A stretch of DNA of 59,764 bases, counting the filler, from Dirinaria sp. TL-2023a (taxonomy: Eukaryota), in assembly GCA_051941275.1 (NCBI GenBank). It is 5 parts of 5 records of this genome, joined end to end, with 100 filler letters (N's around TTAATTAATTAA, not from the genome) between each part and the next. Parts side by side here need not be neighbours in the genome. Positions count along the whole stretch, not along the records: positions 23,988 to 35,859 come from JAVEBF010000808.1; positions 35,960 to 47,813 come from JAVEBF010000809.1; 3 more parts are not named here. One strand, given 5' to 3'. The translations under genes and the position numbers were made by a program. The notes beneath the pieces are model-generated. The model was given only the letters and a program-made list of their open reading frames with translations. It searched no databases and was not told the origin of the DNA. Of this stretch, positions 24,023 to 36,592 are shown piece by piece (position 1 is the stretch's first letter; every line of letters starts with the position of its first letter).

Positions 24023-26371
24023 TCAAGGAAACGACATGGAAAAATCGATACCTTGGAACCCATCCAAATCCAAGCCAGCCGCGGCATTGAAGTCCCATGT
24101 ATCATCGTCTTCTCCATTGTGCAGCATCAGATCCGCCGGGGTGGTGAGGGTGGTGTTGGTGCTATTGGGATGGAGGAAGCCATTGCTGTCGCCGTTGCTG
24201 TCGATCGCCATGCTGTCTATTATCCCCATCCCCGCCGGGCCCATTTCATGGTCGAGGTTGACATTCGCTGTAGTAGAGGAGGAGGAGGAGGAGTTATGAT
24301 TGGTATTATTGCCGGTTTCCGGGTGGTGGGAGGGGTAGTTATGCGAATGGCGGATCCTTAGCGCTTTATCCTTCAGCCGCTGCAGAACAGTCCATTTCGA
24401 TCCCGGCTCGCAGGAAATATCCCTGTGCTTGGCGGCTTCAAACGAGCCATCGATAGCAGCCCACGCGCGATCGACGCTCGGCCCGGAGGGTTTGACGCAC
24501 AGGTGCCACAGCAGGTACGTGAGCAAGTGGTACTGGGTGTAGGTCTCGAAGTACCAGCGGAAGCCGCGCAGAAGGTCTTCGGTCGTGAGCTGCAGGTTCA
24601 TTTCCAGGATGCGGCAGGCTGAGACGAGGGCGTCTTCGTTTGCTTGCGCGGCGTGCTGCTGCGAAGAGGTGGAGGTGGAGGCTTGTTGTTGTTGTTGCTT
24701 TTCGCTGGCACCTGGTGTCGCAGCTTCACCGTCCCCATCCCCACCAGTCCAGCGGTTGCGGAGCCAGGGTTGCGAGATGAGGAACTTGAGTTTTGCAACC
24801 ATCAGCCGCGCGCACAGCAGCGTGGCGTTCTGGATCGGGATGTTGGGGTCGCAATGTCCGAGGTAGTTTTCTTCCAGACGCGTCATTATGCCGTCCACGA
24901 GCTGGTCTTTGGATGAACCGTTTGTGATTATTTCTGAGGATGCGTCGGGCGCCCGGTGCAGGCGCTGGAGTACCTGGCTGGCTTCTATCATAGCGAGGGA
25001 AAAGGTCATGTCCGCCCACTTGGCTTGCTCTACAGGAAGCTCTTGCATGTTAGGAGTCAACTCGCTGTCGTTGAGGTTCAGTGGCAGGTGTGTGTCGGAA
25101 GACTCGTCCGAGTTGCTGAGCGCAATGCCGTGGTCTTCAGCTGCGCGGGAGTCGATCGCGCACATGTACCACCATAGCCGCCGTCGCATTTCCGACTCGA
25201 ACGGTGAGAGGCCGAAGTTTCTGCCGTCTCTGTGCAATCCAATTGATTGCGCCGATCGTATGGCGAGGCCATGGAGTGTCCAACTTGACCGGCCACCGTT
25301 ATAGGCGCGCAGACAAGTCTGAAATGATGCAATGATCAGCTCAGTGGCAGCCTTAGATTTATTGAACGCTACTTACAAGGTATATTGTCATGGCCTGCAA
25401 TGATTTCACACTTGGCTTATCTAGAATCTCAGCACCTGCGAGAGACTGCTCCAGCCCTTGTTTGTAATTGTTTAGAGCGGTTCCTTTATCTTGACAGAGT
25501 AGATTGGCCGCAGCAGCCGATGTTAGACTTGTCGTGGCAGCAAAATAGATGGAGAATAAGAGAGCGTTCAGATCTTGTTCGAGATTTCCTGGGTTATTTA
25601 TGGCTGCGAATATGGTAGCTTGGGTTGTAGGGATATGAAGGATCTTGGCAATTGGGTCAACGTTGTTGACAAATGCTTGCCATAGCTGCATCGCATGCCA
25701 TCGCGAAGGATGATAGCTTTGAGTATCCGTCTTGGATTGATTGAAGCCTGAGAATATCCCTCCGATATCCAAGGATGAAGGTTCTCTAGCGCGACTGCCG
25801 TCCCCCATGACTAATTGAAGCTCCTGTTCCTAGGCGCAATCGTTCAGACTCGGGAAAACCGCGAAGATGGCAGGGGATAACTTACTTCTTCCAAGACTCG
25901 TGAAAGGAGAACGTCGTTGATGTACCGGGTGGAATAGCCGTCTTGTACAAGCAGCTCTTCGGAATTATCTCCCCCGTTCTGTGTCTTGTTCGTATCAGCC
26001 TCGCTTACCGGAGATTTGGCAGCTGAGGTCGATGTATCATTCAGATCTACACGATATGAGTCATTTGATATTGCGGTGATTGTTCGCTCGAGCCGTGCCA
26101 CACGCGCTGCGACTTCAGCGATGGTCGACTTGGGCGGTCGACGACCCGGCGGTTCTGATGCGGGATAGCAACACATGACATCTGCGCGCACACAGTTCGA
26201 ACATGGGGACCTCTTATCGCAGCGGATCTTTCGTTGATGGCATAGTAGGCAAGACCGTACGGCTTTCTTGTGTCTGGACGGTGCCGAAGCAGTTGGAGAC
26301 GCCGGGGCTTGGCCCTCACTCGCAAGAGCTTGGGTTGGGAACTCCCCATTTATAGTAGTTTTATGTGCCAT
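24023..26371 (-). CDS. Zn(II)2Cys6 transcription factor with fungal-specific TF middle homology domain; 2 introns
   Basis: SCLLCHQRKIRCDKRSPCSNCVRADVMCCYP; LWQAFVNNVDPIAKILHIPT; GLHRDGRNFGLSPFESEMRRRLWWYMCAIDSRAAEDHG; LPLNLNDSELTP. Confidence 0.93.
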
Positions 26372-29300
26372 TTCTTACATTTGTAGAAATGATGAACTTT
26401 CTGGTTGTTTTGATAAAAAAAAATTCGCTCGTGATGTACCTACCTTACGTTACTGTATGACGTCCATCAGTCTCGGCGGCGAAACATTTCTCCAGAAGCT
26501 TGGCAATCTCGCAATCTCGGCCCGAGGCCATTCACTCAGATCCTGAAGTAATGTATAAAGTATCTTGCATTGCTTCGTGCTTCACCAACCTTAGGTAACC
26601 CACTGTAACCCAGCTCAGAAATTCCAGGTAAGCAGTCATCAGGTCTAATCTCCTCAACCACCTCAATTATGAACCCTTAGTACCTACTTTGGATGAGGCA
26701 TGGAAAGACTTTGCTTCCGACTCTAAGAACTTACAGAAGTAGCGCACCCACGTATCAATTCCTCCTACGCAGTTGCACATGACCAAAGCCAAAAGTCCAT
26801 TTCCGACACATAGTAGCAATCTGTTATGTTCTAGTAGTGTTCCTAACTCTGATATACTTGCAGTTCTGCTTGCTCTACTACCGGCTGGGACAGAGCTGTG
26901 CAAATTCGGCACAACACACCCATAATTCCCACAGAAGAAACATGAAAGAAAAATAAAGAAGCCATCATTCCATGAACCGTAAACAGGCATTCCGTTTGAG
27001 CTTCGGTCTTTTTTATTTGCCAGGACAGAGTCTCCAAGGGCTAGAGTGGATCTGCTCGCCTGGTGTGCCGGTCTTGCTCTGAAACGGAGTCCTGACTATT
27101 TTGCTATTTGATCAATTAGTGCAGCTGAAGCAGCGTTTAGTTGTAGTTCTGCAAGCCGCGGCTATCCACAGATGTGGCTGGTGGTCGGAAGCAAGGACTT
27201 GATATCACCTTTTATGTACTATGCCCAAGCGAATCGATTGGGACTAAGAATTTGTCTAGAGTAGGTCAATTCTAAATCGCACCTGTCTACAGCGTGTCGA
27301 AGTTTGCCTCTACACGCGCGTCCGCGCTACTCGTACGGCTTCGCACATAGTCTCATGGTAAGTTCCATCCATTGTGCACGGTCGGTTCAAAGTGATCTGG
27401 ATATGCCACTAGTAGCATTAGGAATAGCATCCCACTGCTTTCAGCTTCTTGGTGCTTTTCCTTCGTATACTTGAGGAGGTAAAGCAGCACCCAATCCCAC
27501 TCGCACGGTTACTACTAAGTCATGTGAGCATCTGTAGCTCGTCCAATAACAGTACGGTGGGATGAATGAAGGACGGACACGCAGCCTATCACTACTATTG
27601 AAGCGCTCAAATTTGGGGCTCTTGAGCCGGTGTCTTTACCTTTTGTTGATTCGAAGAACATCGCAATCATGAAAGCTTCGTACCCAATTACATTTTGTTG
27701 GGGCAGATCGAGGATTAGCTTTGACAAGATCGGCGATCGAGATTCCTCAGGTCGGTCATCGAGATTAAAGTGAGACGGAGTCTTTTAACATGAGACACTG
27801 CATTGTCCAGAGATTGACAGGTTGGCATTCGAGGCCTCAGATCATAGAGATCGAGGTCTCTTGGTACTCGGATAATTTCATTCGTAACGGAATACTTCAG
27901 CGAGTGGAACAGTTTACTTGGAATCCTATGATATGATTCCCTTATGACGGTGGGTGAATGCTACCTCGATATACATAATCGACGAAATTTGAATAGTTGA
28001 TTCAAGAACACCTACCTCTATCAGAAATCTGGTAGAATACTAATAATAACATGTTCCAACCACATTGTTTCAACCGTCGCAGAGCCTTATGTATTGCCGT
28101 GTACGACCCTGGATAGTGGATACAGCTTCGAGTTACTTTTAGCGGCATTAGCACGAGTCCAAGTAGGTAGGCTAACGCAAGAGAAGCATGCCTTAGCTTA
28201 CAGAAAACCCACCCCCACGCGGCCCCCTTGGACCGGGTCCGACATGCAGATTGCATCGATAGCATCATTGCGGCTTCGTTGTAATGCTCCCTAGCTTGGC
28301 CGCACAGACGGGAGGGTCGATCAGCCTCGTGAGCGAACATTCTAGGTCCCGTTGCAGTGGCTAGCTTCGAATGGCTACTTCTTTAGCCCTCTCTAGCCCT
28401 AGACTGTGCTGGCCAAGGGTGGCAACAGGTCCTCAGCTTTCTTGTGTCGTACGTTAGGTGGCGATCACGTATAATCTGCGGCTCAATACCTTAGTTACTA
28501 TCTTGCTTTACATTCTGCAGTAATTATGGTTCATATCTTATTTGTTCGTCATCTTCTTTTGAACTCTCTTAGAGGCTGCTTCCAGTTCCCGAAAAGGTAA
28601 TCAAATCTTCACATAAGAATTTTAATGCTTTGAATTAGCGGGCCGAGCTTAGGATTGTTGCCGTTCGGCTCGTATGCGAGCCGTGGGCTTTCTTGATGAT
28701 TAGGCTTCCCAGCTTCCGTCCGGTGTTAATAATGACAGCTAGGCTTATACATTGCCCATTTTTAGCTTTTTCTTGATGTTTTAACTGACACGCAGCGAGA
28801 TACACACTAGTTCGAGACGCCATGCCACTCATTGGGCGAAATCGCTTGGAAGCGATAAATTATGCACCCAATTCCATTCATCTTGGATCATATCCTGCGT
28901 TTGATGGTCATTTAGGGGGATGAATGAACATGATGCTCACCCATTGGATAGATGCGCTGATGCCTTGACTCAAGAAAGTGACTACTTGTAGTCTCCCTCT
29001 TGCATGGCCCCCAAGCTCACGGGTATTGGTAAATCCACCTGCTACGAATAGCGAGATTGCTTCCGATTTACGAGCGTCTGAGGGTTTTGTCAGAAGAGGT
29101 AGTCTAAGCTACTACTGGTCGAATCGATTCCGCTGCTGGGAGTCTATCGACTCTTCTTCCCTTTACTTTCCTCTCTCGCCTAGGCTTGTCGCGTGCGACT
29201 GCCAAAACTTTGCTTTTTACCAAGAATTGCGAAGAATTTAGAGGCTGTTCAATATATCTTAGCGTTTACACTTTACTATAGTGACGTTGATCACCTTCTC

Positions 29301-30740
29301 GAACTCGCTGTCGGCCAAATCCGATGACCTGAGTCTTTTGCAGGTATTGAAAGAGCGCCCACCTGTGGGACTATTCTGCGAATTGAGGAGGTGCAAGTAT
29401 TATAGGACGCGTGCGGAGCTTTCTTCACTCTGATATTGCTGAGCGGTGGCGTTGTAATCTGTAATTCTTAGATGATATGTTCTCCTGCTATGAAATACAT
29501 GAAATGCGTGAAAGTAGGGATTGGACTTAGCAGGTTGGGTTCCCAACCTGCAGAACCACTTCTAAGGTTAGCAGGATCAGCTTAAAATTTAGCAGACCTA
29601 TGCAATTTAGATTAAGGTAGTAGAAGTACCCTTGCAAGCGTCTTTAGATCATGTAGCCAAGACATTCTAGCAACAGCAATATCAACAACAATGACACAAA
29701 TATCGGTTGAGAGGGTGGGAGAAGAACCAGGATGATGCAAGGAGATCCCGCCTCAAGTCGCAGGTGCCCAGGCGGCTAAGGTACTCTCGATTCCGTCCGA
29801 ATAACCCCACGCGAAGTACCACGTATATGGGTTACTCTACTTTGACAGGATAGGTGAATTTTTGTTGTTGTTCTTCAGCTGGATTGCAGACTTCCTATCT
29901 CGGGTAGGCGGACATGTTGATGGCTACCGATGATGGTGGAGCCACTAATGCAACCGGGTCAGCATAGACCATGATCGCTGCCTTGAAGGGGCCTTTTTTG
30001 AGTTTCTACTTTATTGGTACTTTGTCTTGGTGTCAGTGCACTCTGCAGACAGAAGAGCGGAGCAAGTGCTCCGAGCTTTTCCTGGCTGTTGATTGGTTAG
30101 TTCCATTCTTGGCTATTGAGAGATCGCGCCCGCGGGAATCACCTTCCATGAGCCACGGGACGGGTTGCTTATCATAAAGTAGCATCTGCGATATTAGCAC
30201 CAATAACCGTTGGAACTACTCCTCACAGATGGCCTATAACAGTCTAGCGTGGGACTGAGCCGCTCCGGCAGTGGTGATCGTACCACCTCGCGTCAGAAAA
30301 TCTTCAAAGTTGGTGTTGGGAAATTCGGGCCCATCGAAAAGTAGAAGTGCATGAATGGAGAAGTGCATACTTCTTGAAGTTAAGGCAAAGTATGTACTTA
30401 GTCATTTGTTGAAAGACCATACCTAACCCAGATAGACGTTCAGTAGTGCAGCAGGGTACGAGTATGAGTGTACCCAAGAGTGTGAATAAAGATACGGGGG
30501 TGCCAAGCCCTGCCGAGCCCTGCCAAGTCCTGCCAGAAAGCGTAAAGCCCAAGTCTCGTACTTTCAATTACCTTACGTAACACATACAAGAGCGGGTGTA
30601 ACTCTGCGCGCTTACGGCTTGCTAAGCGATGCGTCGTTGCTGACAGTCAAAAGGCCAAGGCGGTGTGAGGTGACTGAGAGACCGAGTCTCGGAATGTACT
30701 TGCTTTATAAATGGAAGAAGCCTTGGCCGAATCACATCGA

Positions 30741-30788
30741 GAATGCGGATGCGATTACGAATGCGGAAGCGATTGCGAATGCGAATGG
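30741..30788. repeat. Imperfect 18-bp tandem repeat built of hexamers, upstream of the AflR-like gene
   Basis: GAATGCGGATGCGATTAC GAATGCGGAAGCGATTGC GAATGCGAATGG. Confidence 0.8.
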
Positions 30789-31430
30789 TAAATCGAGTTT
30801 TGCACCTTGACGGTACACTGATGTTTCTACCTAAGGTACCTGTCACTCCCACAGGACATCGGACTACCCACCCTTCTCGAAGATGCGCTAGATCACCAAG
30901 ATCAGCACACCATCGCGAGGTTGAGTAGGAACGCACAGCAAGGGCCCTAGGATCTCAGAGTCGCCGGTACGCTGGTTGGGCCGATGCGTTCTTATCTAGC
31001 CCTCTTGCCACACGATGTTGGATGGGATGCATATGCAGGGTCATGTTACAGACGGCAGGGAGAAAATCGACGATTGGGTGCGTGAGGATTCTGCGTGAAT
31101 CCTGCAGGCACTGATCAGCCTCACGACGCGCGAAATCGGATGTGTATGAGAAGAGAGCCCTTCGTCATTCAAGAGTACCCATGGACCGTACTTCTACCAT
31201 CTTTCTGCCCGTGACCCACACGCCCTGCAGGGCCACGTGGAAGTCAGATTGTCATCATTGGTTCCCTACCGAGCTGACAGTAAAAGAATTCCTCGTCAGC
31301 GTGTTGATTACATCTTGATAAAGCAGATCCTGTATCTGATACCTGCGAAGGGTAAACTCTCACTACTTTCCCTACCAGAGTCAGCAAAGCATGCTCATCA
31401 TCTCTTTCTGCAACAAGGCGCCTCGTGAAG

Positions 31431-32708
31431 ATGGCGAATTCGAATCCTGCCAGGGGTCGGCCTGGGAAGCCTCCCAAATACCGGGCATCTTGCGATTCTT
31501 GCAACGAAGCCAAGGTTCGCTGCTCCCAGGCGAGACCAAGCTGTGCCCGATGCACCAAGAATGGAGTTCCCTGCGTCTACGGTATCTCTCAAAGGTCGGG
31601 CAAGCATAGTGCAGGAAGCTTTTCTGCAAGAAACAATCCACCAGCACCGCAACTACCAACGCCGACTGCTTCGGGCACTGAAAGCCCACGCTCTACAGAC
31701 ACCGTGAACCTGAGAGACGTTACTCTACCAACTCCAGTGACTCCTGGTCAGAACCCGGACTTTCCGGGCTTCTTCAAGCAGCAGTTGAAGAATGGGCCCT
31801 TTAGTAGCATCATCTTGCCTAACGGGGATCTCAATCCTCAAGAGTTGCCCATGAGCTTCGAATTTCAGTCCATCTCGGGCAGAGATGAAACCCAGGGACC
31901 CGGTCAGCGACACCAACTAAGGCCGCTCTCACGGCCAAGCCCCGAGGATTTTTCTCAGAGTATTGGGAACGAATCAATGCATTCTTACCGCACGGGCGCA
32001 ACACCAAACTTTCTTTCCGACGATCTTTCAGGTCTTGTCGATGCCTCGGTTTCGCATTCTGAGCAAGATGGCAAATTTGAGCATTTCCCATATCAGATGC
32101 CAAACGTACACTGCAGCTCCTGCGCTACAAACCGCCCGAATTTACCCCTGCCCTCGCCAGAAGATTGCCAGTGTAACGAAATCATCATCACGCAGTTGTC
32201 GTCATTGCCAGTGCTTCTCGGTGCGGAGCGTTGCAATGTGGACGTGGAGCTCGTGCAATTCCAGGAAGCCATCAGGCTCTGCACTAGCGCTCTAGCCTGT
32301 ACATGTGCTGGCAAGGACTACACGTCGGTTTTGACCATTGCTATGCTTGTCGCTCGCATCCTTTCAGTCTTCGAGCGTAGCTCTCATAATATAACTAATG
32401 GAGAAACCAACCATACCGGTGACAGCTCTCGAAGCGCTAGTGCGATGTCATCGCCGAAGTTTTCACTTGGCATGTATCAGATGGATCAAGAAGATGAGAG
32501 GAAACTCAAACAAGAGGTCTGGTGGCTACAAGCGCAGAAGGTGGAATCGCTCGTCGCCGGGTTCGGCGAACTAATTAGAAAGACCAAACAGCAAGAACTC
32601 TATCCAGACGTCGCCCAAGTATCCGCGTGGGAAAAACTTCATTTTTTCCTTGATCGGAAAGCGCAAGCAGCCAAAAACAAGTGGGCCGCTAGCCGGGTTA
32701 AAAGCTGA
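31431..32708 (+). CDS. AflR-like Zn(II)2Cys6 pathway regulator, intronless
   Basis: KYRASCDSCNEAKVRCSQARPSCARCTKNGVPCVYG is the AflR-type cluster; C-terminal CQC, ALACTC and FSLGMYQMDQEDERKL resemble AflR-like C-termini. Confidence 0.88.
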   Translation: MANSNPARGRPGKPPKYRASCDSCNEAKVRCSQARPSCARCTKNGVPCVYGISQRSGKHSAGSFSARNNPPAPQLPTPTASGTESPRSTDTVNLRDVTLPTPVTPGQNPDFPGFFKQQLKNGPFSSIILPNGDLNPQELPMSFEFQSISGRDETQGPGQRHQLRPLSRPSPEDFSQSIGNESMHSYRTGATPNFLSDDLSGLVDASVSHSEQDGKFEHFPYQMPNVHCSSCATNRPNLPLPSPEDCQCNEIIITQLSSLPVLLGAERCNVDVELVQFQEAIRLCTSALACTCAGKDYTSVLTIAMLVARILSVFERSSHNITNGETNHTGDSSRSASAMSSPKFSLGMYQMDQEDERKLKQEVWWLQAQKVESLVAGFGELIRKTKQQELYPDVAQVSAWEKLHFFLDRKAQAAKNKWAASRVKS

Positions 32709-35059
32709 TCGGGGGAGGGTCTGGCTTCGGTCTGCTGTAGAATTACCTGAGGTGATGAGGCTCCATATCGACGCGGGAACCGAGTCTAGCGAAATTTAAA
32801 GATCATCGGCACGATCATAGAGTGAATATAGAAAGTACCATGCCTTTCAACCCCTTCACAGCAAGTACTTGGCCAACTGTTCAACTTGGAAACCCCATGT
32901 CGCAGGGGTATGACGACGTTGTGGCAATCTTTTCCAGCACTAACGCACTGTCAGGGTTGTCACATCGACTGATGCCAAGCCCTGACCTCGTTCTTTGGAT
33001 CAATTCCAAGGCAGGTCTACGCTTTCTGCCCCATTGAACGGGGTAGAGGTGGGAGTCTCCTTGCATGATCCTTCGCAAACAGAAGTTGTGAGAGAATGGA
33101 CGTTGGTAGGTCTGCCCAACACGCTAGCTGTTCGAGCCTCCACAGTTGTCCGCAGGCAAGGAGACGCTTCTTCATTGGCCAAGACCGGACGCCGAAAAAA
33201 TTAGGCCACCCACCATCCTTTTCCTTGGATCACAGCTCGGTTATGTGTCAAGGGGCCAAAGCTAGGCTGTGGTTTCTTGTGCCGGAGGAAGGCGATGGAC
33301 AATCAAGACTAGAGAGGACATCAGCTGAGATACGATAAGGTAAGAGGGCAACGTTAGTCAGAGAAGCGCAAGGCAAAGTACATAAGGTCAGGCACGATTC
33401 CATTAGATGGACGCGAAGGTGAACTCGGGATCTAAAGCGGGCCGTTGGAAAGTTTAATTTATAAGGGAGACGGAGTGACGGACTGTGGGATGGATGGCGC
33501 CATAAGGTAGTGTCCATGGCCTCGGAGTCTCGTAAAATCCTTTCCGGAAAAGATAAAGCAGACTGTTCTAGCCGGGCTAAGGCAATGCTAAGCACGCTCA
33601 TCCACCAGGTTTAGTGGTTCACAGGGTACTCGTACCGTATGCCCGCCATCCCAGATTTACCGGTGATCGGGACGCTGGGAGACCGAAGATGTCAGAGATG
33701 CGAAGGTTAGCGTATCCAGAACATGCAACGCTGTGACGCACGGCGCTCGACCCCAAAGGTTCTTCAAACGTCGGTTCGACGACAACGACCCGCGTATCAT
33801 ATAATTTCTCTGACATAATCTGAGTAATGATGTGTTTTCCTATTCAAGTATTGAGGGTTCGGGTTCGGGTTCAATTGGTGTACACCACCTTCTGATAGCT
33901 ACCCTACCGTACCTAACATAAGGTATCTTACCTAAGGTACTGTCTTTGCGGCCGCTAGGTCGAAGCGCACTCCGAGGGTGTCGGTCCGAGGTTCCGCAAC
34001 CCACACTTCCTCCTGTCACGGCCATGGAAACCATTGACATATCCAGATGCTCTGTGTGTTCGAGGAAATCAGGACGACCGAGATCTCCGCGGAGCTTTTC
34101 TGACTAACTACCACCTTAGTTCCGATCCCTTACTTTCTTTCATGCGAAGTCAACCTTTTCCAGCAAGGATCCTCTATCCCATCGATCATCCCCTGTCACC
34201 TGACCTCGGCGTTTGCACCACCGAGACGCCCGAGACACAGTCATCAACCGGTATTCCGAGCTAAGATACCTTCTTTCTCATCTACGTAATTGGAAGCTGA
34301 GCACTCAAGCCCAACAAGGCACCGGACAACCGTCCACGTCGGCTGGCGCGTGGCTGTAAGGCTGACAAAGACATTTTCGAGAGCTCATCGGCCTCGGAAG
34401 GAAATCTTGGGGGGACACGACAGCGCGATACTGACAGCAGCTGCATACACTGCCGAATTTTGTCACTTGTATTACCAATGGAGATGCTTTCTAACTCTCA
34501 TGGGTATAGGGAACGATCGTAACCCCTTGCAGTAGCAGGTAGGCCGAAGTTGGTGTCATGGCAGATCCTGGTGTATCGCTCAAATTACTGATTGAGACTA
34601 ACGAGATACGGAATACAATAACCCCATGAACACACCGGAGAGCGAGCTAGATGGAGCACGTCCGGCGAATGGTAGACGACACAGCGGTAGCTCAGTGAAT
34701 GCCGACTCGGTAATCCCATGCGGTGCCATGATGCACCCGATGACCCCGAGCTTCACCTTACCACCAACACAAGGTGCATCAACATGTACCACCCGATGCG
34801 GTATCATATCATCGTAGGGAAAACAGCTATACTTGTTGACCTTGCTCCTTTGTAAAGGTGCAGACGATGAAGTCCGAGATTCTTAATGTGTTCTCTAAGC
34901 ATATAATTTTTATTCATCGAATGCCATTTCTTTCTTGCGTTGCGCCTTCCTGAGTATCGAAGAGCTCCAGCTTCCAAATCTCCTTTCTCATTTTTCTTTC
35001 TAATCTCTGAGACCCCTCCGAAGAAGCTTTCCTGCCTTTGCATCCCCACGCCCATCATC

Positions 35060-35745
35060 ATGGCTGACTCCGATAAGCACGCGCACGAGCTGCAGCCTCC
35101 GAGGCGTCTCATCACCTCTCATAATCAATCCGGTCAAGGAGTCTTCGTCAGCGAAGATAGTGGCGATCATCAACGCGTGATCATGGGAGGCAAGAGCTCC
35201 GCCCGTGTCATTTACAGCACAAAGTCGCTCCCCATCGACATGAACGACGAAGCCGATCTCGATTTCGCACGCAACAATGAGGTAAACAGACTCTCATACC
35301 CCGAACCTTTGTCTTCTGTGCGAACAAGAAATAGATCCACCCCCTTCGTCAACGAGGGCTATGCAACCCCTAAGTAGAACCTTGATGACTCATGGCAATA
35401 TATTTCCATTTCTAGCCAGGCATCCACATCCCTAGCGGCACCGTCACGCGCATCATCGACTGGGGCTCCGGCATCGAAGGCCCACTTCACCGCACCATGG
35501 CACTCACCTACGCGATCGTGCTCTTCGGCGCTTTCGAACTGATCCTCGACAGCGGCCAGAGCCGCACCGTGCATCCGGGAGATGTGACAGTGGACCGAGG
35601 CACGATGCACAAATGGCGCAACGTGAACCCCACAGGTGGCACTTCGCGGATGCTGTTCGTCATCCTCGACGCCGAGCAATTGTACGTGGATAGCAAGGCA
35701 ATCGACGAGGCGCTGGGACACGTGGCGCCGGAACTTGATAAGTAA
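35060..35745 (+). CDS. Cupin-domain protein, 183 aa; intron 35282-35415
   Basis: PRRLITSHNQSGQGVF, YSTKSLPIDMNDEADL, PLHRTMALTYAIVLFGAFELILDSGQSRTVHPGDVTVDRGTMHKWRN, SRMLFVILDA. Confidence 0.9.
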
Positions 35746-35859
35746 TGTAGTCAGTCGAGTCGAAAATGAAGTGGAGACTTCGGTGCGAAAATTCATCCAA
35801 ATCGATTTCGTACTTACAGACACGATTGATTTATGCCACATCACACCCCATACCCGCCC

Positions 35860-35959
35860 NNNNNNNNNNNNNNNNNNNNNNNNNNNNNNNNNNNNNNNNN
35901 NNNTTAATTAATTAANNNNNNNNNNNNNNNNNNNNNNNNNNNNNNNNNNNNNNNNNNNN
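35860..35959. other. Artificial contig spacer
   Basis: N44-TTAATTAATTAA-N44. Confidence 0.97.
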
Positions 35960-36008
35960 CTAATATACTACTGGCTCACGACTACTGGACCGAGGAGGCA
36001 AAAGCAGC

Positions 36009-36221
36009 TTATCACCTTATCAGGACGACATGCCTTATCTCTCTTTCTTCTTCCAATATCCGGCCATATCTTCACCTTCCAACCCCTCCCCCCCCGAGGA
36101 AAACCCACTCCACTGCTTACGCTCAGACCTGACACCGAAAAAGCATCAATAATATACCGTAATGTCTGTTGATCTTGAGGCTCCAATCTTGCAGATGAAT
36201 CCCCCCATCAGCCCCCCGTGG
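36009..36221. promoter_or_regulatory. niiA upstream elements: three AreA-type GATA sites and two near-NirA sites
   Basis: TTATCA 36009, TTATCA 36017 and TTATCT 36035 (HGATAR on minus strand); CCCCGAGG 36092 and CCCCGTGG 36214 (one mismatch to CTCCGHGG). Confidence 0.55.
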
Positions 36222-36592
36222 CGGGCCCTCTCCCCGCAGTCCATGCCTGTCTTGCGTCGTACCGGCTTGCTCTAACCAAGGCTGCTGATGGCCCTGTTTG
36301 CAACCGTATGCAGCGTTTTCGCGGTTGTCTTGGATCTGATGTAGCTCGTCATCGGATTCAGGAGAACTTCTCCTGTCCAATAGCGCATAGGCTGTTGTTC
36401 GTTTTGACGCCTCCTGAGGACATGCTACTGCCGCCCTGGAAAAGCCCCATCGTGGTCAATCGGGCGGCTCCTTCATATACCTGGCAGCCCCATCCGTGAT
36501 GGACCCGTGAATATCGTCGATCCCTTTTGCCCCTTCCTGGAAACGCAACAATCGTTACCGCCCCCCTGTACACATCGTTGTGCACAACAATC

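Noticed and set aside
31431..32708. Assigning the symbol aflR / aflatoxin pathway
   Set aside because: AflR-like regulators are a large family; no aflJ partner or PKS is present in the window.
32822..34900. Short ORFs between the AflR-like gene and the cupin
   Set aside because: No motifs or splice-consistent model; treated as intergenic.
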